64,000 bases of DNA from Paenibacillaceae bacterium (GCA_947460235.1 CANHGK010000008.1:13453-77452); one strand, 5' to 3'. Shown: positions 29,074 through 40,726, counted from the stretch's first letter. Numbers and translations are program-made. The notes: a model not told the origin generated them from the sequence alone.

Positions 29074-31107
29074 ATGAGTCAGCAACAAACGATTACGCAA
29101 TTATCGGTGAACACGATCCGTACGCTGTCAATTGACGCGGTAGAGAAAGCAAACTCCGGGCATCCAGGAATGCCAATGGGTGCAGCTCCAATGGGCTACA
29201 CATTATTTGCTCGTTCAATGAAACATAATCCATCGAACCCACAATGGTGGAATCGCGACCGTTTCGTATTGTCCGCAGGTCATGGTTCGATGTTGCTGTA
29301 TAGCGCCTTACATTTAAGTGGTTATGATTTGCCGATGGAGCAAATTCAACAGTTCCGTCAATGGGGTAGTAAAACACCGGGTCACCCAGAGTTCGGGCAC
29401 ACGGCTGGAGTTGACGCAACAACAGGACCGCTTGGACAAGGAATTGCAATGGCGGTTGGTATGGCAATGGGCGAAGCACACCTTGGCGCGGTTTATAATC
29501 GCGAAGGCTTCGACGTGATGAACCATTATACGTATGTTGTTTGCGGTGATGGAGATTTGATGGAAGGCGTAGCGTCTGAAGCGGCGTCACTTGCGGGTCA
29601 TCTTAAATTAGGTAAATTAATTTTATTATACGATTCAAATGATATCTCGCTTGACGGGAAATTAAATATGTCATTCAGTGAAAATGTTCGTCAGCGTTTT
29701 GATGCATACGGCTGGCAAACGATTTTAATTGAAGATGGTAACGATGTTGATGCAATTGAAGCAGCCGTGAAATCAGCACAAGCGGTAACAGACAAACCGA
29801 CATTGATCGAAGTGAAAACCGTGATCGGTTTCGGAAGTCCGAACAAAGGCGGCAAAGGCGGCCACGAAGGTCCACACGGATCACCGCTCGGGAAAGACGA
29901 AACACTTCTAACGAAACAACAATATGGTTGGCCAGTAGATCAACCTTTCTTCGTACCAGACGAAGTTCGCGCTCATTTTGCAGAAGTAAAAAAAGCAGGC
30001 GAAGCGGCTGAAGTAGAATACCAACAATTACTTGCATCATACCAAGCGGCACATCCGGAAGCGGCGAAAGAATTCGTTCGCGTCATGAACGGTGAATTGC
30101 CAATCGGTTGGGATGAGAAGTTGCCTGCATACCCTGCGGATGGAAAAACAATGTCCACACGCGTGGCATCTGGCGCGGTATTGAACGCACTTGCAAGTTC
30201 GATTTCGAATCTTGTGGGTGGATCTGCAGATTTGGCTTCATCGAACAACACAATGCTTAAAGGGTTAGGCGATTTCTTTCCAGGCAACTATGCAGCACGC
30301 AACATCTGGTTTGGCGTACGTGAATTTGCAATGGCAGCAGCGCTTAATGGGTTAAGTTTGCATGGCGGTTTGAAAGTGTTCGGCGGTACATTCTTCGTAT
30401 TTAGTGATTATTTGCGACCTGCAGTTCGCTTATCGGCATTGATGCACCAACCGGTATTATATGTATTAACACATGACTCGATTGCAGTCGGTGAAGACGG
30501 TCCTACGCATGAACCGGTTGAACAATTAGCAGCAATGCGTGTAATACCTGGAATTACGGTAATGCGTCCGGCCGATGCGAATGAAACGCGTGAAGCGTAT
30601 CGTTGGGCGTTAACAGAAGCAAAAGGTCCAGTTGCGATGGTATTGACGCGTCAAAACTTACCGATTCTTGCAGAAACGGTTGAACATGCAGGAGAAGGTT
30701 TGGCTAAAGGTGCGTACATCCTTTCTGAAGCAACGAATGGTCATCCAGAATTGATCTTGCTTGCGACGGGTTCCGAAGTTTCATTAGCGATGAGTTCGAA
30801 GAAAGAACTTGAAGCCAAAGGAATTCCGACCCGCGTTGTAAGTATGCCGAGTTGGGAATTGTTCGAAAAACAAGATGAAGAGTATCGCGATGAAGTGATT
30901 CCTTCTTCAGTCAAAGCTCGTATTTCCATCGAAATGGCATATCCGATGGGCTGGGAGCGCTATACTGGTGATCATGGTAAGGTAATTGGGATTCGTACCT
31001 TCGGTGCATCGGCACCTGGCGATCGCGTGATGAAAGAATATGGTTTTACGGTAGAGAATGTTGTGAACACCGCATTGTCGATGCGTGAAGCAGCACTTAG
31101 AGATTAA
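29074..31107 (+). CDS. tkt: transketolase
   Basis: TPP-binding motifs ([12 protein letters not shown]) across 677 aa. GGAGG RBS. Confidence 0.9.
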   Translation: MSQQQTITQLSVNTIRTLSIDAVEKANSGHPGMPMGAAPMGYTLFARSMKHNPSNPQWWNRDRFVLSAGHGSMLLYSALHLSGYDLPMEQIQQFRQWGSKTPGHPEFGHTAGVDATTGPLGQGIAMAVGMAMGEAHLGAVYNREGFDVMNHYTYVVCGDGDLMEGVASEAASLAGHLKLGKLILLYDSNDISLDGKLNMSFSENVRQRFDAYGWQTILIEDGNDVDAIEAAVKSAQAVTDKPTLIEVKTVIGFGSPNKGGKGGHEGPHGSPLGKDETLLTKQQYGWPVDQPFFVPDEVRAHFAEVKKAGEAAEVEYQQLLASYQAAHPEAAKEFVRVMNGELPIGWDEKLPAYPADGKTMSTRVASGAVLNALASSISNLVGGSADLASSNNTMLKGLGDFFPGNYAARNIWFGVREFAMAAALNGLSLHGGLKVFGGTFFVFSDYLRPAVRLSALMHQPVLYVLTHDSIAVGEDGPTHEPVEQLAAMRVIPGITVMRPADANETREAYRWALTEAKGPVAMVLTRQNLPILAETVEHAGEGLAKGAYILSEATNGHPELILLATGSEVSLAMSSKKELEAKGIPTRVVSMPSWELFEKQDEEYRDEVIPSSVKARISIEMAYPMGWERYTGDHGKVIGIRTFGASAPGDRVMKEYGFTVENVVNTALSMREAALRD

Positions 31108-31147
31108 TGCATTCTTTTTAAAAAATATATTGATTGGAGCTAAAATC

Positions 31148-31459
31148 ATGAGCAACTTTAGTAATGTAGAAGTCGTTCGCGCAGCGAACGTATATTTCGA
31201 AGGAAAAGTAACAAGTCGTACCGTTTTGTTCGCAGATGGCACGAAAAAAACACTTGGGATCATGTTGCCCGGTGAATATGAGTTTGGAACAGAAGTTGCG
31301 GAATTGATGGAAATTCAAGCTGGCGAGTTGGATGTGAAATTACCTGGTAATGATGCTTGGGTAACGATCAAGGGCGGCGAATCATTCCACGTTCCAGCAA
31401 ACGCGAAATTTCAATTGGTTGTCAAAACAGTAGCGGATTACTGCTGTTCGTACCTCTAA
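31148..31459 (+). CDS. ppnP: pyrimidine/purine nucleoside phosphorylase PpnP (DUF1255)
   Basis: 103 aa, collinear with PpnP (NVYFEGKV...GEYEFGT...). GGAG RBS. Confidence 0.65.
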   Translation: MSNFSNVEVVRAANVYFEGKVTSRTVLFADGTKKTLGIMLPGEYEFGTEVAELMEIQAGELDVKLPGNDAWVTIKGGESFHVPANAKFQLVVKTVADYCCSYL

Positions 31460-31469
31460 GAATAGAAGA

Positions 31470-31512
31470 AAAAGCCCCAATCCACATTCGGATTGGGGCT
31501 TTTTCTTCGTTC
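31470..31512. terminator. bidirectional terminator
   Basis: AAAAGCCCCAATCC...GGATTGGGGCTTTTT. Confidence 0.6.
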
Positions 31513-31520
31513 GCTGGTAA

Positions 31521-32495
31521 TTATAAAAACTGTAATAGTTTATCGCTGGATGTTTTTGAAATGTTCAAGATGCCGCTGGTTAGTGCATATTCTTCTTGTG
31601 GTGTAATTAGATTTGCGGAAACCTTTTTTTGACGTAGAATAGCATGATTCATCATTTCGCGGATTTCAACGGGTAATTGAATACTTGTGATGCCAACATT
31701 CGTAAATTTAACACCGAAATCAGCGTGATTACGATGCAAATGTAACAGAATGAACGCACAAATTTCATGTTTTTTATGCAGAACATCTTCAAGCTTTCTC
31801 GTGCGAACGATTTCACGAACGCGCAATTGAATCGTAAGTTTCATTTGGTCATGAAGTGATTTAAATTGAATCGATAATTTTGGATTATTAATCCGGTACT
31901 GACAAACAAAATGGATTGAAAATGAAACTTGATCTGAACTTGTTAATTCAAGTTCACTAAAGGTGAGTTGTTGTTGACGCATGTCTACATTCAGTGCACT
32001 AACATGAACAGAGATGTTCCAAAAGAAGTAACGTCCAGGTTGCAGTTCGCGCTGAAAGATATTATCAAAATACAGCAAACCGACTTCATGCGGGGCAACT
32101 TCAACCACTTGAACAAGCGGTCCTAATAATATCCCATGTTTATATAGTGCCGGTTCAATCGAAAGATCAATGTCGGGCAGTTGAGGGTTAACTAGTTTGA
32201 TCTCATGCTGAAAAAGAATGTTCCAAAAAGTGTATACTCCAGTTGATAAAATTTCATGATATCTTCCGTTTATGTAATGTAATCCAAAGGAACCGTCAGG
32301 AATTTCAAATGTCGTAAGTAATTCACGTAATTCCGGATGGTTGATAAATAGCTCAAGAGGATGTCCTGTAACTTGAAATGGAATTTCAATGGAAGTACGA
32401 ATCACTTCGTACTTCCTAAACCAAGAGAGTTGATGATTGCCAGGTGAGAGTACACGCTTGAAAATCCCGCGTTCAAACAAAAGGCCGCGCTCCAT
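31521..32495 (-). CDS. SPFH/band-7-like domain protein (hypothetical)
   Basis: Weak resemblance to the stomatin/prohibitin core (LTSSDQVSFSIHFVCQYRINNP ... DFGVKFTNVGITSIQLP). Confidence 0.35.
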   Translation of the reverse strand: MERGLLFERGIFKRVLSPGNHQLSWFRKYEVIRTSIEIPFQVTGHPLELFINHPELRELLTTFEIPDGSFGLHYINGRYHEILSTGVYTFWNILFQHEIKLVNPQLPDIDLSIEPALYKHGILLGPLVQVVEVAPHEVGLLYFDNIFQRELQPGRYFFWNISVHVSALNVDMRQQQLTFSELELTSSDQVSFSIHFVCQYRINNPKLSIQFKSLHDQMKLTIQLRVREIVRTRKLEDVLHKKHEICAFILLHLHRNHADFGVKFTNVGITSIQLPVEIREMMNHAILRQKKVSANLITPQEEYALTSGILNISKTSSDKLLQFL

Positions 32496-32679
32496 TTCCG
32501 AAATAATAATGGTCTTATTAATAGGTTAACAACTCCCTCATGTGATATGGTCGCTCTGTGCGCATACGTTTTCAATTAAATCCAAAGTTAAATTTATATT
32601 GTCGAATATGATAAAAGTTTTGGAGAATTTGTATAATTTTAAAACATCATATCACACACCATGCTTTTTTACAAAAAAA

Positions 32680-32725
32680 AAGCCCTAGATTTGGTTTTTT
32701 ACACCGAAATCTGGGGCTGATTTGA
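32680..32725 (-). terminator. terminator of queD
   Basis: AGCCCCAGATTT...AAATCTAGGGCT stem followed by T9 on the minus strand. Confidence 0.55.
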
Positions 32726-32744
32726 AATGATTATTTACAATTGA

Positions 32745-33170
32745 TTATCCGCGTTTTGGACGATAAATAACGTAACTGGTTGGCGTCTCGCGCAACAAAA
32801 CTTGCCAAACTAACGGTTTGTTCTCACGTTGATCAAGATAGGCTTGCACGGTTTCGCAAATCGTTTCCGCAACAACTTCTGTTGTAGGAAAACGCTGACT
32901 AAAATCCATATGCTCATTCATCACAGAATGATCAAATCGTCCATGAACAAGATCTTTGATCGTCTTAAAATCGACGAGAAAACCAGCTTGATCAAGCGAG
33001 TCGCCAACGATTGTAATGTCACAGTAATACGTGTGTCCATGCATCTTTTGGCAGATGCCTGCGGTTGGATCTGGGATAAAATGCGCTGCGGCAAAATGCA
33101 TATCCTTATGCAATTCATACTTGTAAGGATGTGCAGTAGTCGGATAGTAATAATTCATGGTGGCGGTCAC
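32745..33170 (-). CDS. queD: 6-carboxy-5,6,7,8-tetrahydropterin synthase QueD / PTPS family
   Basis: CxxxHGH zinc motif (CQKMHGHTY) and catalytic His/Glu pattern in 141 aa. Confidence 0.7.
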   Translation of the reverse strand: MTATMNYYYPTTAHPYKYELHKDMHFAAAHFIPDPTAGICQKMHGHTYYCDITIVGDSLDQAGFLVDFKTIKDLVHGRFDHSVMNEHMDFSQRFPTTEVVAETICETVQAYLDQRENKPLVWQVLLRETPTSYVIYRPKRG

Positions 33171-33385
33171 CTCAGGAGTTGTAAGTTATACGAGTCTTAT
33201 GCACTCGCTATACAAATCGTATCAACTAAATGAACGATAGTCAAACGAAGTTGCTCTAAATTACGTTCTTTTTTTGTGGACTCTTAATCCCGTCAATTCC
33301 GAGTAGTTAACTTGACTTTGGAGTGGGGTGATGATAAATTTATGTAAGTAAAATTGATTGTAGCCATAAGGAGTGTTTATGTATC

Positions 33386-34408
33386 GTGAATAAAAATTCT
33401 AACCAATTCATGCTAATATTTCTGTTATTGAGCACTTTGGTTTTAGGTGGTTGCGGCGGGGCCGAATCAACTACCTCAATTAGTATTTTAAACGTCTCTT
33501 ACGATCCGACGAGAGAATTTTATGAGGACTACAATAAAAAATTTGTTCAACAATGGAAAGATGAGCATCATCAAGATGTTTCTGTGAAACAGTCGCATGG
33601 CGGGTCGGGTAAACAAGCGAGAAGTGTCATGGAGGGTTTAAAGGCAGACGTTGTCACCTTGGCGCTATCATACGATGTAAATAAAATCCAAAAAAATGGA
33701 TTGGTTAGACCGGAATGGCAAAGTCGTTTCCCCGCAAATAGTAGTCCATATACTTCGACAATTATTTTTGTAGTTCGTAGAGGAAATCCTTTTGGAATTA
33801 AGGACTGGAATGACTTAATTCACAAGGGGATTTCTGTAATTACACCGAATCCTAAAACATCCGGAGGAGCTAGATATAATTATCTTGCTGCATTTGCCTA
33901 TGCAAAGCAAACGTATGGAAATAACGAGTCACAAATCGAAGCATTTTTGAAGAAGTTGTATTTAAACGTCCCTATCCTTGATTCGGGTGCGAGAGCTTCA
34001 ACGACAACATTTGTGGAACGCCAAATAGGCGATGTATTATTGGCATGGGAGAATGATGCATTACTTGTTAAAACTGAATTTGGCGATGAGTTTGAGTTGA
34101 TCTATCCATCAATCAGTATTAAGGCTGAACCTCCAGTAGCGATTGTTGATAAAGTAGTTGACCGCAAAGGTACACGAGAAATTGCAACCGCATATTTAGC
34201 AGGGCTATATTCAAAAGAAGCTCAAGAATTATTGGCGAAGCATTATTTGCGTCCGACAGATCCAGATATCTTGAAAGAACATGTTTCTCAATTTCCGAAT
34301 TTGAAACTCGCAGAAATCGATCGTGATTTTGGCGGATGGGATGCAATTCACAACGCACATTTTGCGGATGGCGCGCTGTTCGATCAAATTTATACAACGA
34401 ATAAATAA
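33386..34408 (+). CDS. cysP: sulfate/thiosulfate ABC transporter substrate-binding lipoprotein
   Basis: Lipobox LGGCG. Sbp/CysP family, followed by cysT-cysW-cysA. AAGGAG RBS. Confidence 0.8.
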   Translation: MNKNSNQFMLIFLLLSTLVLGGCGGAESTTSISILNVSYDPTREFYEDYNKKFVQQWKDEHHQDVSVKQSHGGSGKQARSVMEGLKADVVTLALSYDVNKIQKNGLVRPEWQSRFPANSSPYTSTIIFVVRRGNPFGIKDWNDLIHKGISVITPNPKTSGGARYNYLAAFAYAKQTYGNNESQIEAFLKKLYLNVPILDSGARASTTTFVERQIGDVLLAWENDALLVKTEFGDEFELIYPSISIKAEPPVAIVDKVVDRKGTREIATAYLAGLYSKEAQELLAKHYLRPTDPDILKEHVSQFPNLKLAEIDRDFGGWDAIHNAHFADGALFDQIYTTNK

Positions 34409-34428
34409 ATTAATAGGAGGCTGTTCAG

Positions 34429-35262
34429 GTGAGTACACGCCGTACATCGTCCGTGATTCCCGGTTTTGGGTTGACCATGGGCTATACCATTGTCTATTTG
34501 AGTTTAATTGTTTTGATCCCTTTAGCAGGATTATTTTTCAAAATGGGTAGCGGTGACTGGCAGCACATTATCGAAGTCATCACGAGCCCACGTGTACTTG
34601 CGGCGTTCCGGGTCAGTTTGTTGACATCACTTGGTGCAGCACTTGCAAATGGTGTCATTGGATTATTAATCGCTTGGGTATTGGTGCGTTATCCATTTTC
34701 AGGACGAAAATTCGTGGATGCACTTATTGATCTTCCGTTTGCCCTACCTACTGCAGTCGCAGGGATCGCATTAACATCTTTGTATTCTCCAAAAGGATGG
34801 ATGGGACAACTCTTTGGAGAGATCGGAATTAAAATTGCATATACCCCGCTAGGAATTAGTCTTGCTTTGTTATTTATAGGCTTACCATTTGTAGTTCGGA
34901 CCATTCAACCGGTTTTGCAGGATGCGGAAACAGATGTTGAAGAAGCTGCGCTTACGTTAGGTGCATCGCGCTGGGTAACATTTTGGAAAGTAATTTTGCC
35001 AACATTATTACCATCTTGGTTGACTGGTGTCTCGCTTGCATTCGCACGTGGAATTGGTGAATACGGTTCTGTCGTTTTTATTTCCGGAAATATGCCAATG
35101 AAAACTGAAATTGTTCCACTATTAATTATTACCCAATTAGAGCAATTTGATTACGTAGCTGCGGCATCAATCGCTGTTGTAATGTTATTGTTGTCTTTTT
35201 TAATGTTGTTTGTGATAAATACTCTTCAGTGGCTAGCACGCCGCCGAATGCAAAATACGTAG
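34429..35262 (+). CDS. cysT: sulfate ABC transporter permease CysT
   Basis: 6 TM with an EAA loop (EAALTLGASRWVTFWKVILP). Confidence 0.8.
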   Translation: MSTRRTSSVIPGFGLTMGYTIVYLSLIVLIPLAGLFFKMGSGDWQHIIEVITSPRVLAAFRVSLLTSLGAALANGVIGLLIAWVLVRYPFSGRKFVDALIDLPFALPTAVAGIALTSLYSPKGWMGQLFGEIGIKIAYTPLGISLALLFIGLPFVVRTIQPVLQDAETDVEEAALTLGASRWVTFWKVILPTLLPSWLTGVSLAFARGIGEYGSVVFISGNMPMKTEIVPLLIITQLEQFDYVAAASIAVVMLLLSFLMLFVINTLQWLARRRMQNT

Positions 35263-35308
35263 AATCGCTTTGGAGGTGTTTAGGATGTCTAAAGGAGGAG
35301 CCCACGTA

Positions 35309-36142
35309 ATGTCCGGGAATCGGTCGGCGAGCATTGGGGGGTTACGTGAGCCGCGCTGGGTGAAAGTTGCACTCATTTCCATTACCCTGCTTTTAATCGG
35401 GTTGTTCATAGTGTTACCACTTATCGTGGTCGGAGAACACGCTTTTCGGAAAGGATTCGAAGTGTTTTGGGCGGCTATAAGTGATGATGCAGCGTTATCT
35501 GCGGTAAAATTAACATTAACAGTTGCGCTGTGGACGGTGCCAGTCAATGCTCTTTTTGGGATAGCTGCGGCGTGGGTATTAACAAAATTTCAATTTCGCG
35601 GAAAAAATATATTGCTGACATTAATTGATTTACCATTCGCGGTATCGCCGGTTATTGCCGGATTAATTTATGTTTTGATGTATGGAACAAATGGTTGGTT
35701 AGGGAAGTATTTGGATCAAGCTGACATTACGGTGATTTTTTCAACGCCGGGGATTGTGATTGCAACGATTTTTGTTACGTTTCCATTTGTTGTGCGCGAG
35801 TTGATGCCATTGATGCAGTCGCAGGGAATTAATGAAGAAGAAGCGGCAGTTACATTAGGAGCAAGTGGCTGGAGGGTGTTTTGGCAAGTAACATTGCCGA
35901 ACATCAAGTGGGCATTGTTATACGGTATTATTTTATGTAATGCGAGAGCGATGGGGGAGTTCGGCGCAGTATCAGTTGTTTCAGGACATATCCGCGGCGA
36001 AACGAACACGTTACCACTTCATATTGAAATTTTATATAATGAATATCACTTTGTGGAAGCTTTTGCAGTGTCGATGTTACTGGTTGTTCTTGCGCTCATT
36101 ACATTGATCATCAAAAGCATCATGGAAGGATGGGAATCATGA
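35309..36142 (+). CDS. cysW: sulfate ABC transporter permease CysW
   Basis: EAA loop (EEAAVTLGASGWRVFWQVTLP). GGAGGAG RBS before ATG 35309. Confidence 0.8.
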   Translation: MSGNRSASIGGLREPRWVKVALISITLLLIGLFIVLPLIVVGEHAFRKGFEVFWAAISDDAALSAVKLTLTVALWTVPVNALFGIAAAWVLTKFQFRGKNILLTLIDLPFAVSPVIAGLIYVLMYGTNGWLGKYLDQADITVIFSTPGIVIATIFVTFPFVVRELMPLMQSQGINEEEAAVTLGASGWRVFWQVTLPNIKWALLYGIILCNARAMGEFGAVSVVSGHIRGETNTLPLHIEILYNEYHFVEAFAVSMLLVVLALITLIIKSIMEGWES

Positions 36143-37206
36143 GCCAATGGCATATCGATGTGCAAAATGTAAATAAATTTTATGGAGAGTATCACGCAAG
36201 TAAAAACATTTCTTTTCAAGTTGAAAAGGGTAAACTGGTCGGTTTACTTGGACCGAGTGGTGGTGGAAAAACTACGATTTTACGGATGATCGCTGGACTT
36301 GAGCAACCAGATAACGGTTCGATTCTTTTTCGCGGACAAGAGATGAATCGAGTTGAGCCACAAAAACGAGGTATCGGGGTCGTTTTTCAAAATTATGCAT
36401 TGTTTAAGCATATGACCGTGTTTGATAATATTGCATTTGGATTAAATGTACAGAAGAAATCAAAGTCATTTATTAAAGAACGTGTTAACGAGTTGTTAGA
36501 TTTGACGAATTTAAGTGGACTTGGGAAGCGCTATCCTAATGAACTATCGGGCGGACAACGCCAACGCGTCGCTTTTGCACGTGCGCTAGCACCTGAACCG
36601 CAAATTTTATTGTTGGATGAACCTTTTGCTGCCATCGATGCACATGTACGCCGGGAATTGCGTTCGTGGCTCCGCGAAATGATCGATCGATTGGGGATTA
36701 CGACGTTATTCGTAACGCACGACCAAGAAGAAGCGATTGAAATTGCTGACCAAATATTGGTAGTGAATCAAGGTCGCATTGAGCAACATGGTACACCGAT
36801 TGAAATTTATCAATCTCCACAAACGGACTTTGTTGCTCGGTTTATTGGTGAATCTACGCAATTCGTCCCAAAAGGGATAATTCATGGGTTTAACGGCGTT
36901 GCTGACGGTCGGGAAGTGTTAATCCGACCTGAATTCGTAGAAATTGGCAAACCCAATGAAATTGCGCTTCCATCCGCAGCATCTCAAGGGACGGTACGAC
37001 ACCTTTATTACCGCGGCGCAAGTTGGGAAGTAGAAGTCGAAGTCGGTGGTGAGTTGCTCATTGGGAATCGTTCGGTTGAAAAATCATCATTGAAAATCGG
37101 GGATAAGGTTAGTGTACTTGTCCATCGGTTAATAGTATTTGAGAACGGCAAAGCGAATATCGTGGAAAATCAATTTAAGTATGATCCAATGCCGGTGTTT
37201 ATTTAA
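36130..37206 (+). CDS. cysA: sulfate ABC transporter ATP-binding protein CysA
   Basis: Walker A GPSGGGKTT, signature LSGGQRQR and a C-terminal TOBE-like domain. Confidence 0.85.
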   Translation: MGIMSQWHIDVQNVNKFYGEYHASKNISFQVEKGKLVGLLGPSGGGKTTILRMIAGLEQPDNGSILFRGQEMNRVEPQKRGIGVVFQNYALFKHMTVFDNIAFGLNVQKKSKSFIKERVNELLDLTNLSGLGKRYPNELSGGQRQRVAFARALAPEPQILLLDEPFAAIDAHVRRELRSWLREMIDRLGITTLFVTHDQEEAIEIADQILVVNQGRIEQHGTPIEIYQSPQTDFVARFIGESTQFVPKGIIHGFNGVADGREVLIRPEFVEIGKPNEIALPSAASQGTVRHLYYRGASWEVEVEVGGELLIGNRSVEKSSLKIGDKVSVLVHRLIVFENGKANIVENQFKYDPMPVFI

Positions 37207-37211
37207 TGAAA

Positions 37212-37260
37212 AAACCTTCACAATTGTTCAATCCGAGTGGATGAACTAGTGTGAAGGTTT
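37212..37260. terminator. bidirectional terminator
   Basis: AAAACCTTCACA...TGTGAAGGTTTTT. Confidence 0.55.
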
Positions 37261-37264
37261 TTAA

Positions 37265-38527
37265 TTATACGGATGCTTCTGCAGTCGTACGACTTTCTAA
37301 ATAAGCAGTTAATTTTTGACGAACATGAATCGCAGCCCCGGACAGTAAGCAACCATATTTATAACCGGCTTCGTCGTTTTCGACGCGGATAATCCGACCG
37401 ATCAATGGTGGCAATTCTGCTTCGTAAGGGAAGTGCAATACGATAAACATATCTTGTGCAAGTGGTGTTGCTGATGTAATCATCATCCCACCAGCCGAGA
37501 GATCAAAGAATTTACCTTCAACAGTTTGACCAACGAATGCGCCTTCTGCTGTATACTGATGAATCGAAATTTGAACGTCGATGCCCATGCGAATACGCGG
37601 TGCACGGCGACGATTCGTTTCTGGTTGTTCAGGATCGAATCGTTTCGTAATTTTGGCATTCATCAAGTCTTCGTATGTCATCACAACAGAGGATAAATCC
37701 ATTGCGCCAACTTCTTTTAGCATTGCCGTTTGATAAACATTTTTGCCGTTTTGGAGTATTGGTAGTGGCAATTGATATTCATCTGCAAGTTTGGAGGCAA
37801 TCTGTAAATCTTTATACATTAATTGAAGTGAGAATTGATTAGAAAAGTCGCGGGAAAGGATTTTCTCGCCTTTCATTTCAGCCATACGGCTGCTAGCACC
37901 GCCAGCAAGGACGACTTTCATAAATGCTTCTGGATCAATCCCTGATTTACTTGCAATGGCTAAGCCTTCGCAAAGGCCTAATACGTTGATTCCAACAATT
38001 GTATTTGCTGCAATTTTAGTATATCCACCTGAACCAGGGCCCCCCATATATATTGCATCTTTTCCCATTGCCAGGAAAAGATCGCGATGATCATCTAAAA
38101 TGGTTTGTTCGCCGCCAATCATGAACACCAAGCTACCGTCGATTGCCGCGGGTTTACTACCGGATACTGGCGCATCAAGAAAATCGATGCCATGTGATGC
38201 CAGTTCGATATGTAGTCGGATACTTAAGCCAGGTGAAATTGTGGAACAGTCGATAACCGTTACTGCGGGATGTAATCCATCCATGATGCCATTAGCACCA
38301 AAGTAAACATTCTCAATGGAGCTGTCATCACTCAACATGGTAATAACCACTTCAGACGATTTGACAACTTCTGCTGCACTTGCATGTGCAATTGCACCAA
38401 GTTCAATAAGCTCGTTCACACGTGAGTTCGTTCGGTTATATACGTTTAATGTGTAACCTTTCTTGATCAAGTTTGCTGCCATCGGTTGTCCCATAGTTCC
38501 GAGTCCAATAAAGCCTATTTTTTTCAT
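37265..38527 (-). CDS. NAD-binding beta-hydroxyacid (3-hydroxyisobutyrate-type) dehydrogenase fused to C-terminal PilZ domain
   Basis: N-terminal GFIGLGTMG Rossmann motif and HIBADH-like core. C-terminal ~110 aa carry RxxxR (NRRRAPRIR) and DxSxGG (FDLSAGG). GAGGTGA RBS before ATG 38527. Confidence 0.7.
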   Translation of the reverse strand: MKKIGFIGLGTMGQPMAANLIKKGYTLNVYNRTNSRVNELIELGAIAHASAAEVVKSSEVVITMLSDDSSIENVYFGANGIMDGLHPAVTVIDCSTISPGLSIRLHIELASHGIDFLDAPVSGSKPAAIDGSLVFMIGGEQTILDDHRDLFLAMGKDAIYMGGPGSGGYTKIAANTIVGINVLGLCEGLAIASKSGIDPEAFMKVVLAGGASSRMAEMKGEKILSRDFSNQFSLQLMYKDLQIASKLADEYQLPLPILQNGKNVYQTAMLKEVGAMDLSSVVMTYEDLMNAKITKRFDPEQPETNRRRAPRIRMGIDVQISIHQYTAEGAFVGQTVEGKFFDLSAGGMMITSATPLAQDMFIVLHFPYEAELPPLIGRIIRVENDEAGYKYGCLLSGAAIHVRQKLTAYLESRTTAEASV

Positions 38528-38705
38528 CCAATGATCACCTCGCGTACATTGTAACACGACATTTCATCGCTGTGAATGCTTTTACTTGCTTTTTTCCGTT
38601 GTTTTCAAGTATGCTATGTGATAAATATAATAGAACATCAAGGAAAAGACAGCCTAACAATGTTCGTGAAATGTGCAGGCCTTGTCTTATTAGGAGGATA
38701 CTTCA

Positions 38706-40088
38706 TTGAAAATCATCACAAATCCCGCACAACCAGACCGGTTGCTGACGTTAACCTACGATAAAGCGTTTCCGTTTGTGCAATCGCATGAACTTGATCA
38801 ATTAGCTGCACCAATTAAGTTGGCGCATGACCAGTTACATTTGAAAACTGGCGCTGGTAATGAATATGCCGGTTGGGTTGATTTGCCGTATTCCTACGAC
38901 AAAGTTGAATTCGCTCGAATTTTGGAATGTGCTGAGCGTATCCGTGAACAAGCAGATATTTTGATCGTGATCGGAATTGGTGGATCCTACTTAGGCGCAC
39001 GCGCGGCGCTTGAAATGCTTGGAAATGCGTTTAGTCCTGTATTAACGAAAGAACAACGCAAAGCGCCTCAAGTGTATTTCTTAGGGCACCATATTAGTTC
39101 GACGTATGCTGCACAATTATTCGAAGTGATGAAAGACAAAGATGTTGCGGTAAATGTCATTTCCAAATCTGGAACTACGACTGAACCTGCAGTTGCATTC
39201 CGAATGATGAAATCTTTCCTTGAAGAGAAATATGGTAAAGAAGGCGCAAAAACGCGTATTTATGCAACGACAGATAAATCTCGCGGTGCACTTCGCACAT
39301 TAGCTGACAGCGAAGGTTACGAGACGTTTGTCATTCCAGATGACGTTGGTGGTCGTTATTCTGTGTTGACACCAGTTGGTTTGCTACCACTTGCGGCAGC
39401 TGGATTAGATATTGTATCCATGATGCGCGGTGCACAAGCTTCCGTTGATGCATACTCCATTACGAATCTTGCTGACAATCCGGCATACCAATATGCTGCG
39501 GTGCGAACTGCGTTATATCGCAAAGGCAAAACAACTGAAATTCTTGTAAACTATGAGCCATATATGCACTTCGTGTCGGAGTGGTGGAAACAATTATTTG
39601 GCGAGAGCGAAGGCAAAGATCACAAAGGGATTTTCCCGGCTGCAGTTGATTTTTCATCCGATTTACATTCGATGGGGCAATACATTCAAGAAGGTCGACG
39701 CAATATTTTCGAAACTGTACTTCGTATTGAGCAAATGCCTCTCGATATTGTCATTGAAGCGGATAAAGATAACTTGGATGGGTTGAACTTCCTCGCAGGC
39801 AAAACGATGCAAGAAGTGAATCAGAAGGCGTTTGAAGGCACATTGCTAGCTCACCACGAAGGCGGGGTACCTAACATGGTCGTGAACCTTCCTTCTGCAA
39901 GTGCATATACGTTTGGCAACCTTGTATATTTCTTCGAAAAAGCTTGCGGAATTAGCGGTTACTTGCTTGGAGTAAATCCATTCGATCAACCAGGCGTGGA
40001 AGCTTACAAGAAGAATATGTTTGCGTTGCTTGGGAAACCAGGCTTTGAAGAAGAAAAAGCGCGCTTAGAAGCACTATTAAAGCGTTAA
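38706..40088 (+). CDS. pgi: glucose-6-phosphate isomerase
   Basis: Collinear with Bacillus Pgi over the full length ([21 protein letters not shown]). TTG start follows AGGAGGA. Confidence 0.85.
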   Translation: MKIITNPAQPDRLLTLTYDKAFPFVQSHELDQLAAPIKLAHDQLHLKTGAGNEYAGWVDLPYSYDKVEFARILECAERIREQADILIVIGIGGSYLGARAALEMLGNAFSPVLTKEQRKAPQVYFLGHHISSTYAAQLFEVMKDKDVAVNVISKSGTTTEPAVAFRMMKSFLEEKYGKEGAKTRIYATTDKSRGALRTLADSEGYETFVIPDDVGGRYSVLTPVGLLPLAAAGLDIVSMMRGAQASVDAYSITNLADNPAYQYAAVRTALYRKGKTTEILVNYEPYMHFVSEWWKQLFGESEGKDHKGIFPAAVDFSSDLHSMGQYIQEGRRNIFETVLRIEQMPLDIVIEADKDNLDGLNFLAGKTMQEVNQKAFEGTLLAHHEGGVPNMVVNLPSASAYTFGNLVYFFEKACGISGYLLGVNPFDQPGVEAYKKNMFALLGKPGFEEEKARLEALLKR

Positions 40089-40090
40089 TT

Positions 40091-40726
40091 ATGGCATTAC
40101 GTTATAGATTGATTGCAAAAGCCGCACAAACGGAACTCGTTGTGCGGCGTTCGCGTTTTATTAGCTTTATTGAACCAGTTGGGACGGAAACGGATGTCGC
40201 TCAAGCCCTTGAGCGGATCCGAAAATTGCATCCTACGGCAACGCATCACTGTTATGCGTATCAATTAAAGGAACCACAACAACTGCAGAAATGCTCCGAT
40301 GATGGTGAACCATCTGGCACAGCAGGACGACCAATATTAGATGTGATTCAGCATCACGGGTTATTTCATACGCTTATAGTTGTAGTTCGTTATTTTGGTG
40401 GGGTAATGCTTGGTGCTGGCGGTTTAATTCGCGCGTATGGAGATTCTGCGGCGGAAGCGATTGCTGTTAGTGATGTTCTTGAACGACGGACACATCGAGC
40501 ACTTGAAATTGAAGTTGATTATTCAACGTATGGTAAGTTGGAATTTGCCCTGCGAAATGAAGGCGTTCTGATTGGTGATGTTGAATTTGGCGCAGCGGTA
40601 ACGTTTATTTGTTGGCCTGAAGTGGAAGCGGTGGAAGAATTAAGGAAGAGCATTATAGATTGGACAAATAATCGTGCGAAAATTAATCATAACGGTCTAA
40701 AAATACTTGACCATCAGTGCAAATAG
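40091..40726 (+). CDS. YigZ/IMPACT-family protein
   Basis: UPF0029 N-terminal domain (RSRFISF...HHCYAY). Confidence 0.7.
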   Translation: MALRYRLIAKAAQTELVVRRSRFISFIEPVGTETDVAQALERIRKLHPTATHHCYAYQLKEPQQLQKCSDDGEPSGTAGRPILDVIQHHGLFHTLIVVVRYFGGVMLGAGGLIRAYGDSAAEAIAVSDVLERRTHRALEIEVDYSTYGKLEFALRNEGVLIGDVEFGAAVTFICWPEVEAVEELRKSIIDWTNNRAKINHNGLKILDHQCK

